42,933 bases of DNA, taken from IMG/VR virus record IMGVR_UViG_3300045988_062945, positions 1 to 42,933 of that record; one strand, written 5' to 3'. The notes under the pieces were generated by a model, which saw only the letters and a program-made list of their open reading frames with translations, was not told where the DNA came from and ran no database searches. This document shows positions 6,669 through 15,111 of this stretch, piece by piece. This stretch comes from a virus. A program made the translations under genes and the position numbers. Numbering within the stretch: position 1 is the first letter of the stretch; each line of letters begins with the position of its first letter.

Positions 6669-7113
6669 CTTTAACCAAGTCATTCTCGCCGGTCGGCTGA
6701 CCGCAGACCCGGATGTCCGCACGACACCGCAGGGCAAACAGGTGCTTCAGGCAAGCATCGCAGTCAACCGCGACCGCAGAGACGGAAACGAGCAGACGGA
6801 TTTCATTGACTTCGTCGCATGGGAAAAGAGAGCCGAGTTTATCTCGAAATACTTCCGTAAGGGAAGCGCAATCCTGATATCCGGCAAGGTACAGACCCGC
6901 ATATGGACGGACAAAAACGACCAGAAGCGGAAAGCGGTCGAGGTGCTTGTCGATGACGCAAGATTTGTTGACGGAAAATCCGACACCGCGCAGAACACGC
7001 AGAAATCGCCTGTGACGAACGAAAGCGCCGGAGCGCCTGCTTATATTCCCGACGCATACAAAGCCCCGCGGTTCGAAGAAATGGCGGGCGACGACAGCGA
7101 CCTGCCGTTCTGA
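6655..7113 (+). CDS. ssb: Single-stranded DNA-binding protein
   Basis: The start was set at ATG 6655. It begins MSNLNFNQVILAGRLTADPDVRTTPQGKQV, contains DFIDFVAWEKRAE and ends in the acidic tip DDSDLPF. Confidence 0.9.
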   Translation: MSNLNFNQVILAGRLTADPDVRTTPQGKQVLQASIAVNRDRRDGNEQTDFIDFVAWEKRAEFISKYFRKGSAILISGKVQTRIWTDKNDQKRKAVEVLVDDARFVDGKSDTAQNTQKSPVTNESAGAPAYIPDAYKAPRFEEMAGDDSDLPF

Positions 7114-7137
7114 TACAGAAAGGAAAAATGAACTCAG

Positions 7138-7956
7138 ATGAAAGCATCGCTTGAATGGTTCAAGCTCGATGTGCATCTTGATGATAAATTTCAGCTCATA
7201 GAAGCTGAATACGGATTGAAAGGGTTTGCAGTAGTCGTCAAGCTGCTACAAAAGATTTACGGCAGCGAAGGTTACTATTGTGAATGGACAGACGAGGTTG
7301 CATTGTTGTTCAGCCGCAAGGAGTGCGGCGAGGGTGGCAATGTCGTTTCGGACATAGTCGCGTCAGCGATCAGAAGAGGCATTTTTGATAAAGAATTGTT
7401 CGACAGGTATCACATCCTGACATCCGCAGGAATACAGAAACGGTACCTCGAAGCGGTCAACCGCCGTAAAGATTCAAAAATCAAAGATGAGTACCTCTTA
7501 ATAAACTGTACCCAAAAATCCGAAAATGATGACATTTCGGGCGAAAATGTTGACATTTCGGGCGAAAATGTTGACATTTCAGAACAGAAGAGAAGAGAAG
7601 AGAAGAGAGAAGAAAAGAAGAGAACAGATTATATAGAGGTCTTCGACCTCTTCAATGACACTTGCGTGTCATTCCCGCGTGTAACCGCCTTCTCGGATAA
7701 GAGAAAGCAAGCTATACACGCAAGGACTATGATGTATTCCCTTGAGGACTTCAAGAGACTGTTTGAAAAAGCAGAAGCAAGCGATTTCCTGAAAGGGAAA
7801 AACAAAAGGAACTGGCGTGCGGATTTTGATTGGCTTATGTGCGATTCAAATTTCGCCAAAGTTCTTGATGGCAGATACGATAACCGGGGAACAAGTACCG
7901 AGGAAGGAGATACAGGCAACGTCTTCCTGAAGATGTTGCAGGACGAGTATGGATAA
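7138..7956 (+). CDS. Replisome organiser / replication initiator (DUF4373 Lin1244-like N-domain, by recollection)
   Basis: It has an N-terminal WFKLDVHLDDKFQLIEAEYGLKGFAVVVKLLQKIY, internal 21-bp iterons and a C-terminal NWRADFDWLM segment. Confidence 0.65.
   Translation: MKASLEWFKLDVHLDDKFQLIEAEYGLKGFAVVVKLLQKIYGSEGYYCEWTDEVALLFSRKECGEGGNVVSDIVASAIRRGIFDKELFDRYHILTSAGIQKRYLEAVNRRKDSKIKDEYLLINCTQKSENDDISGENVDISGENVDISEQKRREEKREEKKRTDYIEVFDLFNDTCVSFPRVTAFSDKRKQAIHARTMMYSLEDFKRLFEKAEASDFLKGKNKRNWRADFDWLMCDSNFAKVLDGRYDNRGTSTEEGDTGNVFLKMLQDEYG
7522..7580. repeat. 2.8 tandem copies of a 21-bp unit (GAAAATGWTGACATTTCGGGC); iteron-like putative origin inside the organiser gene
   Basis: Copies at 7522-7542, 7543-7563 and 7564-7580, followed by a purine-only tract (agaagag)n to about 7625. 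Confidence 0.8.
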
Positions 7957-8554
7957 GAAAGATATACTTGAGTGCCTGTCACTGCTGAAGGTTGCGTATC
8001 CGTACATATACCGCGATATAAGCGACGGTGACGCAAAAGCGCTCGTAAACCTATGGAGCTTCAGCTTTGCCGACAGCGACCCGCAGACCGTGAAGTTTGC
8101 CGTGTCCGAGCTGATAAAGAGATCAAGCTACGCGCCGTCTATCGCGGATATAAGGGATTACATATCAAGTATGGAGGATATCGCTTCCGGCACGCCCTCC
8201 GACAGTCAGATGTGGTCAATCCTTCTCCGTGCCGTGCGAAACGGGTACTACAACTTCCGCGAGGAGTTTGAAAAACTCCCGGACGAGCTTAAGGCTTACG
8301 TCGGACAGCCGGAGCAGCTTCGGGCATGGGCGCAGATAGACGAATCGATCTTCAACTCGGTTCATCAAAGCAACTTCGCGAAAAACTTCAAGGCATCTCG
8401 GCAGCGCGTGAAGGACAGCAAGCTCCTCTCACCCGAAGTAAAACAGCTCTTGCTTGCGCAGAAGGAACGAATGAGTATGCCGGGAGACAGACTGCTCCCG
8501 GACGAAAACGAGCGCAGAAACGCGGTTCTGGACGCTTTGGAGGCAAAGAGATGA
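7949..8554 (+). CDS. Helicase loader/inhibitor-like protein (G39P-type, tentative)
   Basis: It lies directly after the organiser. The segment LSLLKVAYPYIY...ALVNLWSFSFADSDPQTVKFAVSELIKRSSYAPSIADI fits the remembered G39P-like pattern. Confidence 0.45.
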   Translation: MDKKDILECLSLLKVAYPYIYRDISDGDAKALVNLWSFSFADSDPQTVKFAVSELIKRSSYAPSIADIRDYISSMEDIASGTPSDSQMWSILLRAVRNGYYNFREEFEKLPDELKAYVGQPEQLRAWAQIDESIFNSVHQSNFAKNFKASRQRVKDSKLLSPEVKQLLLAQKERMSMPGDRLLPDENERRNAVLDALEAKR

Positions 8555-9102
8555 GCAAATATAACATCATCTACGCTGACCCGCCGTGGCGGTACAATCA
8601 GCATGGCGTACAGGGAGCGGCAGAACACCATTACCCCACAATGTCTCAGGAGGATCTGAAAAATCTCCCGATATCCGAAATCGCAGAAAAAGACTGCACG
8701 CTGTTCATGTGGGCGACCTTTCCCATGATAAAAGAGGCGCTGGAGCTGATAGAAGCATGGGGCTTCCGGTATAAAACAACCGCCTTCGTGTGGGCAAAGA
8801 AAAACCGGAAAACCGATTCATGGTTCACCGGTCTCGGCTTCTGGACGAGGAGCAATGCCGAGATATGCCTGCTTGCCGTCAAGGGGAATCCGAAAAGGCA
8901 GTCACCGTGCGTCAGTCAGCTTATCGTTTCCCCGCGCGAGGAGCATTCCAAGAAGCCCGACGAAACCCGCGACCGCATAGTAAAGCTGATGGGCGACCTC
9001 CCCCGCGTCGAGCTGTTCGCAAGGCAGAAAGCCGAAGGATGGGACGTATGGGGCAACGAGGTCGAAAGCGATATATCCCTCAAGGAGGCACACCGTGAGT
9101 AA
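8551..9102 (+). CDS. MT-A70 family N6-adenine DNA methyltransferase
   Basis: The start was set at ATG 8551 (ATGA overlap). It has the DPPW motif (IIYADPPWRY), plus TLFMWAT and HSKKP. Confidence 0.85.
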   Translation: MSKYNIIYADPPWRYNQHGVQGAAEHHYPTMSQEDLKNLPISEIAEKDCTLFMWATFPMIKEALELIEAWGFRYKTTAFVWAKKNRKTDSWFTGLGFWTRSNAEICLLAVKGNPKRQSPCVSQLIVSPREEHSKKPDETRDRIVKLMGDLPRVELFARQKAEGWDVWGNEVESDISLKEAHRE

Positions 9103-9430
9103 ATACCACAACCGCAAAACCACCCTCCCCACCGGCGAGACCTTCGACAGCCAACGTGAAGCCCTCCGGTACACACATCTTGCCTTCCTCGCAAAAACCG
9201 GATACATAACCGACCTGAAGCGTCAGGTAAAATTCACCCTGATCCCGAAGCAGCGCCTGAAATCCGGCAAAGCCCTCCGCGAATGCGCATACGTCGCAGA
9301 CTTCACCTACACCGACACCCGCACCGGAGAGCATATCGTCGAGGACGTAAAGGGACACCGCACACCGGAATATATCATCAAGAAAAAGCTCATGCTCCAC
9401 CTATATGGAATCGAGGTGACGGAGACATGA
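9095..9430 (+). CDS. DUF1064-type PD-(D/E)XK nuclease (resolvase-like)
   Basis: GTG 9095 follows caaggagg. It contains FDSQREALRY...YVADFTYTD...VEDVKG. Confidence 0.65.
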   Translation: MSKYHNRKTTLPTGETFDSQREALRYTHLAFLAKTGYITDLKRQVKFTLIPKQRLKSGKALRECAYVADFTYTDTRTGEHIVEDVKGHRTPEYIIKKKLMLHLYGIEVTET

Positions 9431-10092
9431 AAGTGCTTGTCGCTTGTGAAGAATCGCAGAGAGTTTGCACCGCCTTCCGCGAGAAAGGACACGAGGCGTA
9501 CTCCTGCGATATACAGGAGTGTTCCGGTGGACATCCGGAGTGGCACATAAGAGGCAACGCTCTGGAAGCTCTGAAAGGCGGGACTATCCTCACCGACGAC
9601 TGGGTAATGCACGATATAGGCAAGTGGGATATGCTGATAGCACACCCGCCGTGTACGTATCTTAGCAACGCTGGTGCCTGCCGCCTTTTCAAGAAAATCG
9701 ACGGGGTATCATGGATAAATGCCGATCGCTTTTACAAAGGGCTTGAAGCAAAGGAGTTTTTTCTGAAATTTTTCCATGCCGATATCCCCCGTATAGCGGT
9801 CGAAAATCCAATTCCTTCAAAGGTTTTCTGCCTTCCGCAGTACACACAGATCATACAGCCATACTTCTTCGGTGATCCTTACGAAAAGAAAACTTGTTTG
9901 TGGCTGAAAGGTATTCCGCCGCTGGAAGAAACTGAACGCATCCCCCCCCCGATTCCATTGGATCTCTGCCGGGAGTTTCAAAGCGGACGGGACAAGAAGA
10001 GATTCTGTCGGGGTGACACACAATCAAAAGCTGCGGAGCAAAACATTTCCCGCCGTTGCAAGGGCAATGGCAGAACAGTGGGGCTGATATGA
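9427..10092 (+). CDS. C5-cytosine-methyltransferase-like gene whose 3' end is out of frame at a C9 tract
   Basis: It contains MKVLVACEESQRVCTAFREKGHEAYSCDI, a PPC motif (LIAHPPCTYLSNAG) and an ENP motif (IAVENP). The family-typical C-terminus ...KLRSKTFPAVARAMAEQWG* is readable only in the +1 frame (open 9908-10087). Confidence 0.7.
   Translation: MKVLVACEESQRVCTAFREKGHEAYSCDIQECSGGHPEWHIRGNALEALKGGTILTDDWVMHDIGKWDMLIAHPPCTYLSNAGACRLFKKIDGVSWINADRFYKGLEAKEFFLKFFHADIPRIAVENPIPSKVFCLPQYTQIIQPYFFGDPYEKKTCLWLKGIPPLEETERIPPPIPLDLCREFQSGRDKKRFCRGDTQSKAAEQNISRRCKGNGRTVGLI
9942..9950. repeat. Homopolymer C9 at the frame break of the methylase-like gene
   Basis: The sequence reads gcatCCCCCCCCCgattcc. 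Confidence 0.95.
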
Positions 10093-10268
10093 CCTTCACC
10101 AAAACCCTCCACCAGCAGGGCAAGCTCACCCGCATACACCCGGAGCGGAAAATAAAGCACAACCCCGACCCTCTCCACCCGGACGAGATCGAGATGTGCC
10201 TGACCTGCGAAAAGAAAACCTGTCGCGGATGCGAAAATAAATTCAGAGAAATGAGGAAAACAACATGA
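10089..10268 (+). CDS. Small Cys-containing hypothetical protein
   Basis: ATG 10089. It reads MTFTKTLHQQGKLTRIHPERK...CLTCEKKTCRGCENKF. Confidence 0.5.
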   Translation: MTFTKTLHQQGKLTRIHPERKIKHNPDPLHPDEIEMCLTCEKKTCRGCENKFREMRKTT

Positions 10269-10564
10269 AATGCGAGAAAGTATTAGAAATTCTTGAAGAA
10301 AACAAAAAGTCAACAATTAAATATCTTAACAACATCGCCGGAAATCAATATGGAGATTCTGTATTTTATACATTGTGCTCGGCGCTAAGAGAAAAAGACA
10401 AAAACGAATGTTACAATGCCGCCTTAGACGGATTCGTGTGTTCCAAGTGCAATATCGCCATTGTTGATCCCGTTAATTGTTCGTACATAGAGGATACAGA
10501 GCCGCTGTTTTTTAGATATGAACCGAGTTACTGCCCGGAATGCGGGAGAAAAGTAGTAGAATAA
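10265..10564 (+). CDS. Zn-ribbon hypothetical protein (AT-rich gene)
   Basis: It has an ATGA overlap and CxxC pairs (CSKCN, CPECG). By eye the composition is much more AT-rich than the neighbours. Confidence 0.6.
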   Translation: MKCEKVLEILEENKKSTIKYLNNIAGNQYGDSVFYTLCSALREKDKNECYNAALDGFVCSKCNIAIVDPVNCSYIEDTEPLFFRYEPSYCPECGRKVVE

Positions 10565-10587
10565 ATTTTTGAGAGGAGAAACAACAA

Positions 10588-10854
10588 ATGACCTACAAAG
10601 AAACCATCACATGGCACGAGATAAAGACAAGACCGCTGACAGACGAAGAAAAAGAAAAATATGCCGAATTTGAACCCGAATATATGCTTGATTGTCCTTT
10701 ACCCGATGACGGCGAAGAAATCCTTGTCGCGACAAAATACGGTGTTGACGTTGATGTGTGCGGCATAGACGAAGGATATTATCTTGAAAACCGGGGCGAT
10801 TGGGACGGCATTATAGCATGGGCACCAATGCCAAGGTACAAGAAAAATGTTTGA
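10588..10854 (+). CDS. DUF551-like hypothetical protein
   Basis: SD gagaggag. It contains EILVATKYG...DWDGIIAWAPMPRY, which matches the remembered DUF551 pattern. Confidence 0.5.
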   Translation: MTYKETITWHEIKTRPLTDEEKEKYAEFEPEYMLDCPLPDDGEEILVATKYGVDVDVCGIDEGYYLENRGDWDGIIAWAPMPRYKKNV

Positions 10855-10980
10855 TTTCATTGAGGAATACAAAGCATTAACAAAAGATTTTTGTCCCGCG
10901 CCGAACGCAAAATATCAGCCGAAACGGTCAATGGTACTGAAAAGAAAGAAAAGAATCAAAAGAAAAGGACGAAAGAAAAA

Positions 10981-11445
10981 ATGAACACTTCAAAAATCGA
11001 AAAAGCAATTCTCGCGGCAATGCAGAAAGACGTGACCACAGTAAAAAGAGAAACCCTCGCAGACGGCGACGCCTTCATCACGGCAGATGGCGTGACGGGG
11101 TTCGTCCTGAACGAAGCAGAGACGAACCTCAACCTCAAAAAAATCCCGAGCGCAGAAATGAAAAGCCTCATTGATGCGTGGGAAAGCCAGATGTGTGAGG
11201 GAAACCTCCTCAAGAAAACTGAAAACCTCATAGAGGCAGACAACAATCTCGGCATATACCGAGAGCTCGCCAACGAAAGAGGGGTATTCTATGTAAAAGA
11301 GAAAGCGGTCGAGCTTTTCGACGGAGAATTTACAAGCTATTACGCCTCGGATGTAAGCAACATCGTCACCGTGGCGCAGATAACGCCGCGAGGAGAAAAG
11401 ATGGTCGGAGTTATAGCCAAGCTCCGCATGGATAATGAGATATGA
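10981..11445 (+). CDS. Hypothetical protein
   Basis: ATG 10981 was preferred over the upstream TTG 10891. No family was recognised. Confidence 0.55.
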   Translation: MNTSKIEKAILAAMQKDVTTVKRETLADGDAFITADGVTGFVLNEAETNLNLKKIPSAEMKSLIDAWESQMCEGNLLKKTENLIEADNNLGIYRELANERGVFYVKEKAVELFDGEFTSYYASDVSNIVTVAQITPRGEKMVGVIAKLRMDNEI

Positions 11446-11906
11446 CGCTTTCACGCAACACTACAAAAGCCCGTGAAGAATTAAGGGCGGAGAAAGGAAG
11501 AGGTGCAGACAAGACGAAAATCACTTGTTTGAATTGCAAACACCTTATGTTTTCCGATATGTATGGAGAATGTAAAATACAATTAAGAATAGTCAATCCG
11601 AGCGATACTTGCGAATATGCAGAGCCAAAAGAAAGAGGCAGTGAAGAATTGAGGAAAAAACAAATGACCACCAAAAACGCAATAAAAATACTGAAAAGAC
11701 TGTACCCGGCTCTCTCCAGCGCAGGAAAAGAGGCAATTGGCGAGGCAGTCGAAGCCCTTGAAAAGCAGATACCGAAAAAGCCGGATAGAGGGCAAAACAT
11801 ATTTGACAAAGAGAACGAAGTGCTCTGCCCGGTATGCGGAAACCCAAATCCCAATACATACTGCGGAACCTGCGGACAACGGATTGATTGGAGCGATATC
11901 ACATGA
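11442..11906 (+). CDS. Hypothetical protein with two Cys clusters
   Basis: It has an ATGA overlap, plus CLNCKH..C..C and CPVCG...CGTCG. Confidence 0.55.
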   Translation: MTLSRNTTKAREELRAEKGRGADKTKITCLNCKHLMFSDMYGECKIQLRIVNPSDTCEYAEPKERGSEELRKKQMTTKNAIKILKRLYPALSSAGKEAIGEAVEALEKQIPKKPDRGQNIFDKENEVLCPVCGNPNPNTYCGTCGQRIDWSDIT

Positions 11907-12154
11907 CCCTCTCCCGCAAAACCCGACAGGAAATGCACGACAATGCGCTCGTTGATACGGCAGTCTCGATGTGCTTCCTCGCCGCCGGACTTGTCTTAAA
12001 CGGCGAGTTCGGCTTCGGCGAGAAGCGCATGGAAAGGTTCTCAAAGGAGTTCACACAGACGATAATCGACTACCGCAACCGCTACGGCGAGGTCGCGCTC
12101 GAAGCCCTTGAAAAGCACGCAAAGCAAAAAGGAATTGAGGTAAACTGGAAATGA
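11903..12154 (+). CDS. Hypothetical protein
   Basis: ATG 11903 overlaps the previous stop. Confidence 0.55.
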   Translation: MTLSRKTRQEMHDNALVDTAVSMCFLAAGLVLNGEFGFGEKRMERFSKEFTQTIIDYRNRYGEVALEALEKHAKQKGIEVNWK

Positions 12155-12432
12155 AAGTAGAAAAAGATGTACTTAAACTGATAAAGGAACTGAACGAACA
12201 CGAAGCGGAGGCGATAAAACTTAGACAAGCCCTTTGCGACAGATTCTGCGACGAATTCGACGGCTGTTATATCGGCGATTTCTTCGTCGTTGACAAGCCG
12301 CAAGGGAGAAAGCAGGACGACGGCGAATGGTGTGATCAGTATACAGGTTACGAAAGCGACACCGGAGGCGGCACTTACTACTATGCCGTCGAAGGATCGA
12401 AGAAGTATATCGCCATTACATATGGCTTTTGA
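12151..12432 (+). CDS. Hypothetical protein
   Basis: It has an ATGA overlap and sits in the same operon. Confidence 0.55.
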   Translation: MKVEKDVLKLIKELNEHEAEAIKLRQALCDRFCDEFDGCYIGDFFVVDKPQGRKQDDGEWCDQYTGYESDTGGGTYYYAVEGSKKYIAITYGF

Positions 12433-12444
12433 GGAGGAACCACA

Positions 12445-12726
12445 ATGCACCCGACACTTAAAACCGCCCTCGATACCTTCGGGGCATACGCTCAGACCGT
12501 CGTCGCAATAGAGGAGCTGTCCGAGCTTCAGAAGGAGCTTTGCAAAGCCATCCGCACCGGCATCGGTGACCCGGAAAACCGCGACCGCATAGCCGAGGAG
12601 ATCGCCGACGTGTATATCATGCTTGAGCAGATGGAAGCCCTCTTCGACGTGTCCGAGGACGTCCCGCTTTACAGGATAGCAAAAATCGACCGCCTCGAAA
12701 AAAGGCTGAAGGAGAAGACAAAATGA
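12445..12726 (+). CDS. MazG-like nucleotide pyrophosphohydrolase (small phage type)
   Basis: SD gaggagg. It has the IEELSELQKE...AEEIADVYIMLEQ (EExxE...ExxD) pattern. Confidence 0.6.
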   Translation: MHPTLKTALDTFGAYAQTVVAIEELSELQKELCKAIRTGIGDPENRDRIAEEIADVYIMLEQMEALFDVSEDVPLYRIAKIDRLEKRLKEKTK

Positions 12727-12941
12727 AAGCAAGAAAATGTGATCGATGCGGCAAACTTTATGAGTACTATGAAACAACCGGGCAGTCGTTAGGAAACGCT
12801 CTTAATGTTCTTCGGCTGAGATATCCGGAACCGAGGTATGACAGCGGCGATTGTGCAGAATTTGTTTTCAACGCAAAAGACCTTTGCCGGGAGTGCATGG
12901 AGTCGTTCTGTGAATGGTTCGGGGAGGGGTTGTACAAATGA
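12723..12941 (+). CDS. Zn-ribbon hypothetical protein
   Basis: It contains KCDRCGK...CRECM and has an ATGA overlap. Confidence 0.55.
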   Translation: MKARKCDRCGKLYEYYETTGQSLGNALNVLRLRYPEPRYDSGDCAEFVFNAKDLCRECMESFCEWFGEGLYK

Positions 12942-13423
12942 CAATAAATCTCCCCGTCAGCATCGGCGATCACGTCTACTTCATCCGCGATCACGAAAAC
13001 CAGAAACGCATAGCCTTCGGCACGATAAAGGAGATATTCTTCTCTCAGGATATGCGCCTCATGATCCGCGTAAAAGGATACCGAGCCGCCGAATGGGGCG
13101 TGAAAGCCTTCAGAACGCGCAAGGAAGCCGAGACCGCCGTCGGAAATACCGTGTGGGAAAGCGCAAGCGACGCGCAGAAAAACGCGACAGCGGTATATAA
13201 TGCCATGGTCGAGTACGTCAGAAACGCGCTCACCGAATCAAGGGAATCGCAAAAGAAGCTCGCCGACCGGGCAGGAGTTTCACAGGGAACCGTCACGAGC
13301 TTCCTCTCCGGAGGACGCTCCGTCGGCACGAACCTGACGCTTGCGCTCCTTGAAGCCTCCGGAATCGACACTTTTGATATGTTCTATACCTACATTGACA
13401 AAAAAGAGGAGGAGACAGCATGA
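12938..13423 (+). CDS. Hypothetical protein with a C-terminal XRE-type HTH
   Basis: ATG 12938. It contains SQKKLADRAGVSQGTVTSFLSGGRSVG. Confidence 0.6.
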   Translation: MTINLPVSIGDHVYFIRDHENQKRIAFGTIKEIFFSQDMRLMIRVKGYRAAEWGVKAFRTRKEAETAVGNTVWESASDAQKNATAVYNAMVEYVRNALTESRESQKKLADRAGVSQGTVTSFLSGGRSVGTNLTLALLEASGIDTFDMFYTYIDKKEEETA

Positions 13424-13611
13424 TCTGCCCATACTGCAAAAGCAAGTCAATGTTCTGCTGTGAGAAGCGGAACAACAACGACGATAACGAAAATTACCGC
13501 AAGCGCAAATGCCATGACTGCGGACAAGACTTCTACACCGTCGAGTTCGTCGCCGAGGAAAACGAATCTTTCGTCAAAGCATGGCGCAAAGCCGGGAGGA
13601 GAAGCAAATGA
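13420..13611 (+). CDS. Zn-ribbon protein resembling the NrdR N-terminal finger
   Basis: It reads MICPYCKSKS...RKRKCHDCGQDFYTVE. Confidence 0.5.
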   Translation: MICPYCKSKSMFCCEKRNNNDDNENYRKRKCHDCGQDFYTVEFVAEENESFVKAWRKAGRRSK

Positions 13612-13700
13612 CGACCGAAGAACGTGTTCAGAAGATCCTCGCAAACAGCACCTTTCCCTCGCTCCCGAAAAAAGGAACAGCGCGAGGTAAGGAAACATAA
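13608..13700 (+). CDS. 30-codon ORF with a good SD, possibly the 5' part of 13624-13833
   Basis: ATG 13608 follows gggaggag. It reads MTTEERVQKILANSTFPSLPKKGTARGKET* and contains an A6 run at 13669-13674. Confidence 0.35.
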   Translation: MTTEERVQKILANSTFPSLPKKGTARGKET

Positions 13701-13833
13701 GATCGAGACACATATTGAAGTTCTCAATTGGCTCCTTGATAACGACGAAATGCCCGACAGCTGGCGCAAAAAGTTGAAAAAAAGACTTGAGTTCTGGCTT
13801 GACACATACGAAAGGGATTACACAAATGGCTGA
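13624..13833 (+). CDS. Hypothetical ORF (GTG start without SD; see split-gene note)
   Basis: The frame is open and contains ...EVRKHKIETHIEVLNWLLDNDEMPDSWRKKLKKRLEFWLDTYERDYTNG. The stop overlaps the next gene's start region. Confidence 0.4.
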   Translation: MFRRSSQTAPFPRSRKKEQREVRKHKIETHIEVLNWLLDNDEMPDSWRKKLKKRLEFWLDTYERDYTNG

Positions 13834-14323
13834 AATGATGACATTTCCGGAGACCTTCGACGAGTTCGTAGAGGAGTACGGATTCGTTGACAAAAAAGAA
13901 GCATACACAAACGGCTCGGAGCTTATTCAGGTATTCCGCGTAAAACAGTGGCTCGATCACGAAGCGGGATTGAAAAAAGCGGAGGATAAACGCTTTAAGG
14001 TGGCAAGTGATACACTGACCGACATCGCGCATTATCTGCTCGGAAAGGACTGGCACTCCGAAAAATGGAATTTTGAAGACATATGCCCGGACATATTTGA
14101 AGCCATCCGGGCAAGATATAAAAGCGCGAAAGAAGACCCGGTGCGCAAATGGCGGCGCAGACACAAACGTTGTTCCTTCTGCAATCACTTTGCGTTGTAT
14201 CCCGAAGACGTGAGTACAATCGGAATCGGCAATAAAGGCTGGTGCAGAGCAAAGAACAAAGGGGTGAACTACTCCCGCCGCCGCATATGCAGATTATTCG
14301 AACTGAAAGGAAAGCTGAAATGA
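13826..14323 (+). CDS. Hypothetical protein
   Basis: ATG 13826 is coupled to the preceding stop. The C-terminus has a CSFCNH...WC cluster. Confidence 0.55.
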   Translation: MAEMMTFPETFDEFVEEYGFVDKKEAYTNGSELIQVFRVKQWLDHEAGLKKAEDKRFKVASDTLTDIAHYLLGKDWHSEKWNFEDICPDIFEAIRARYKSAKEDPVRKWRRRHKRCSFCNHFALYPEDVSTIGIGNKGWCRAKNKGVNYSRRRICRLFELKGKLK

Positions 14324-14619
14324 CCGACTACAGTGAAGAATTCGACCGCCTCCGCAGAAACCGCGTTGAGCTGTCGCATATAAAGTACGGCTCCGCAAGG
14401 ATAAATTTCGGCGGCGGCAGAGTGGACGCTCTCAAAACCGCCGAGGATTGCCTTGAAGCCTTCAAGCGGGACAAAAATACCGAACATCTCGTCGATGCCG
14501 CGAACTATCTGATGTTCCGGTTTATGTACCCCTACCCCGGAGAACACTTCCGCGCCACCGACAGCAGCGAAAGCGTAAAACCCGTCGGAATACCGATAAA
14601 TATGGAGGAATCAATATGA
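14320..14619 (+). CDS. Hypothetical helical protein (faint likeness to phage dNTP-pyrophosphohydrolase N-domains)
   Basis: ATG 14320 (ATGA overlap). It contains HIKYGSARINFGG...LVDAANYLMF. Confidence 0.45.
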   Translation: MTDYSEEFDRLRRNRVELSHIKYGSARINFGGGRVDALKTAEDCLEAFKRDKNTEHLVDAANYLMFRFMYPYPGEHFRATDSSESVKPVGIPINMEESI

Positions 14620-14741
14620 CCATCGTACTCTTTGCCATAATAGGCGCAGCCATAAAAGCCGGAACAGCATACTGGATATGTTTCGGAATCCTCTGCCTGT
14701 GGAAACTGGCGGAGTGTATATACAACATCCTCAGCGACTGA
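14616..14741 (+). CDS. Small hydrophobic protein (41 aa, not in the ORF track)
   Basis: ATG 14616 follows atggagg. It reads MTIVLFAIIGAAIKAGTAYWICFGILCLWKLAECIYNILSD. Confidence 0.45.
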   Translation: MTIVLFAIIGAAIKAGTAYWICFGILCLWKLAECIYNILSD

Positions 14742-14754
14742 AAGGAGAAGTATC

Positions 14755-15099
14755 ATGACCCTGAAAAACAAAATCCTGAAAGCCCTCGGCAGAGAAGAGG
14801 TGCAATGGTACAGAGAATTCGGTGTCCTCGCTCCCTTCTGCCCGTATTGCGGCGAACCCGCCTACGACACGCACAGATGCGCTTTCTGCGGAAGAAAATA
14901 TATCTGGAGGGATTCGCCCCACCCGCCGACAATCGCTGAATACGGCGATTATACGGCGGCTCAGACCGGCGGCTCCATCCTCATCTTCAAGGGAGACCGG
15001 CTGGTATATCATGCATCGTATACAGGCGACCCCATGACGGAGGACGAGCTGAAAGACCATATAGCCTTTGTCTTCGGACTGGGTATGACAGATGACTGA
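14755..15099 (+). CDS. Zn-ribbon hypothetical protein
   Basis: SD aaaggag. It contains CPYCGEPAYDTHRCAFCG. Confidence 0.55.
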   Translation: MTLKNKILKALGREEVQWYREFGVLAPFCPYCGEPAYDTHRCAFCGRKYIWRDSPHPPTIAEYGDYTAAQTGGSILIFKGDRLVYHASYTGDPMTEDELKDHIAFVFGLGMTDD

Positions 15100-15111
15100 T
15101 AGGAGGTAAAA

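Noticed and set aside
7522-7580. A possible CRISPR array or other spacer-repeat structure. Also checked at 5721-5861.
   Set aside because: The repeats are directly tandem with no spacers, short, and in frame within coding genes. No cas genes are present in the window.
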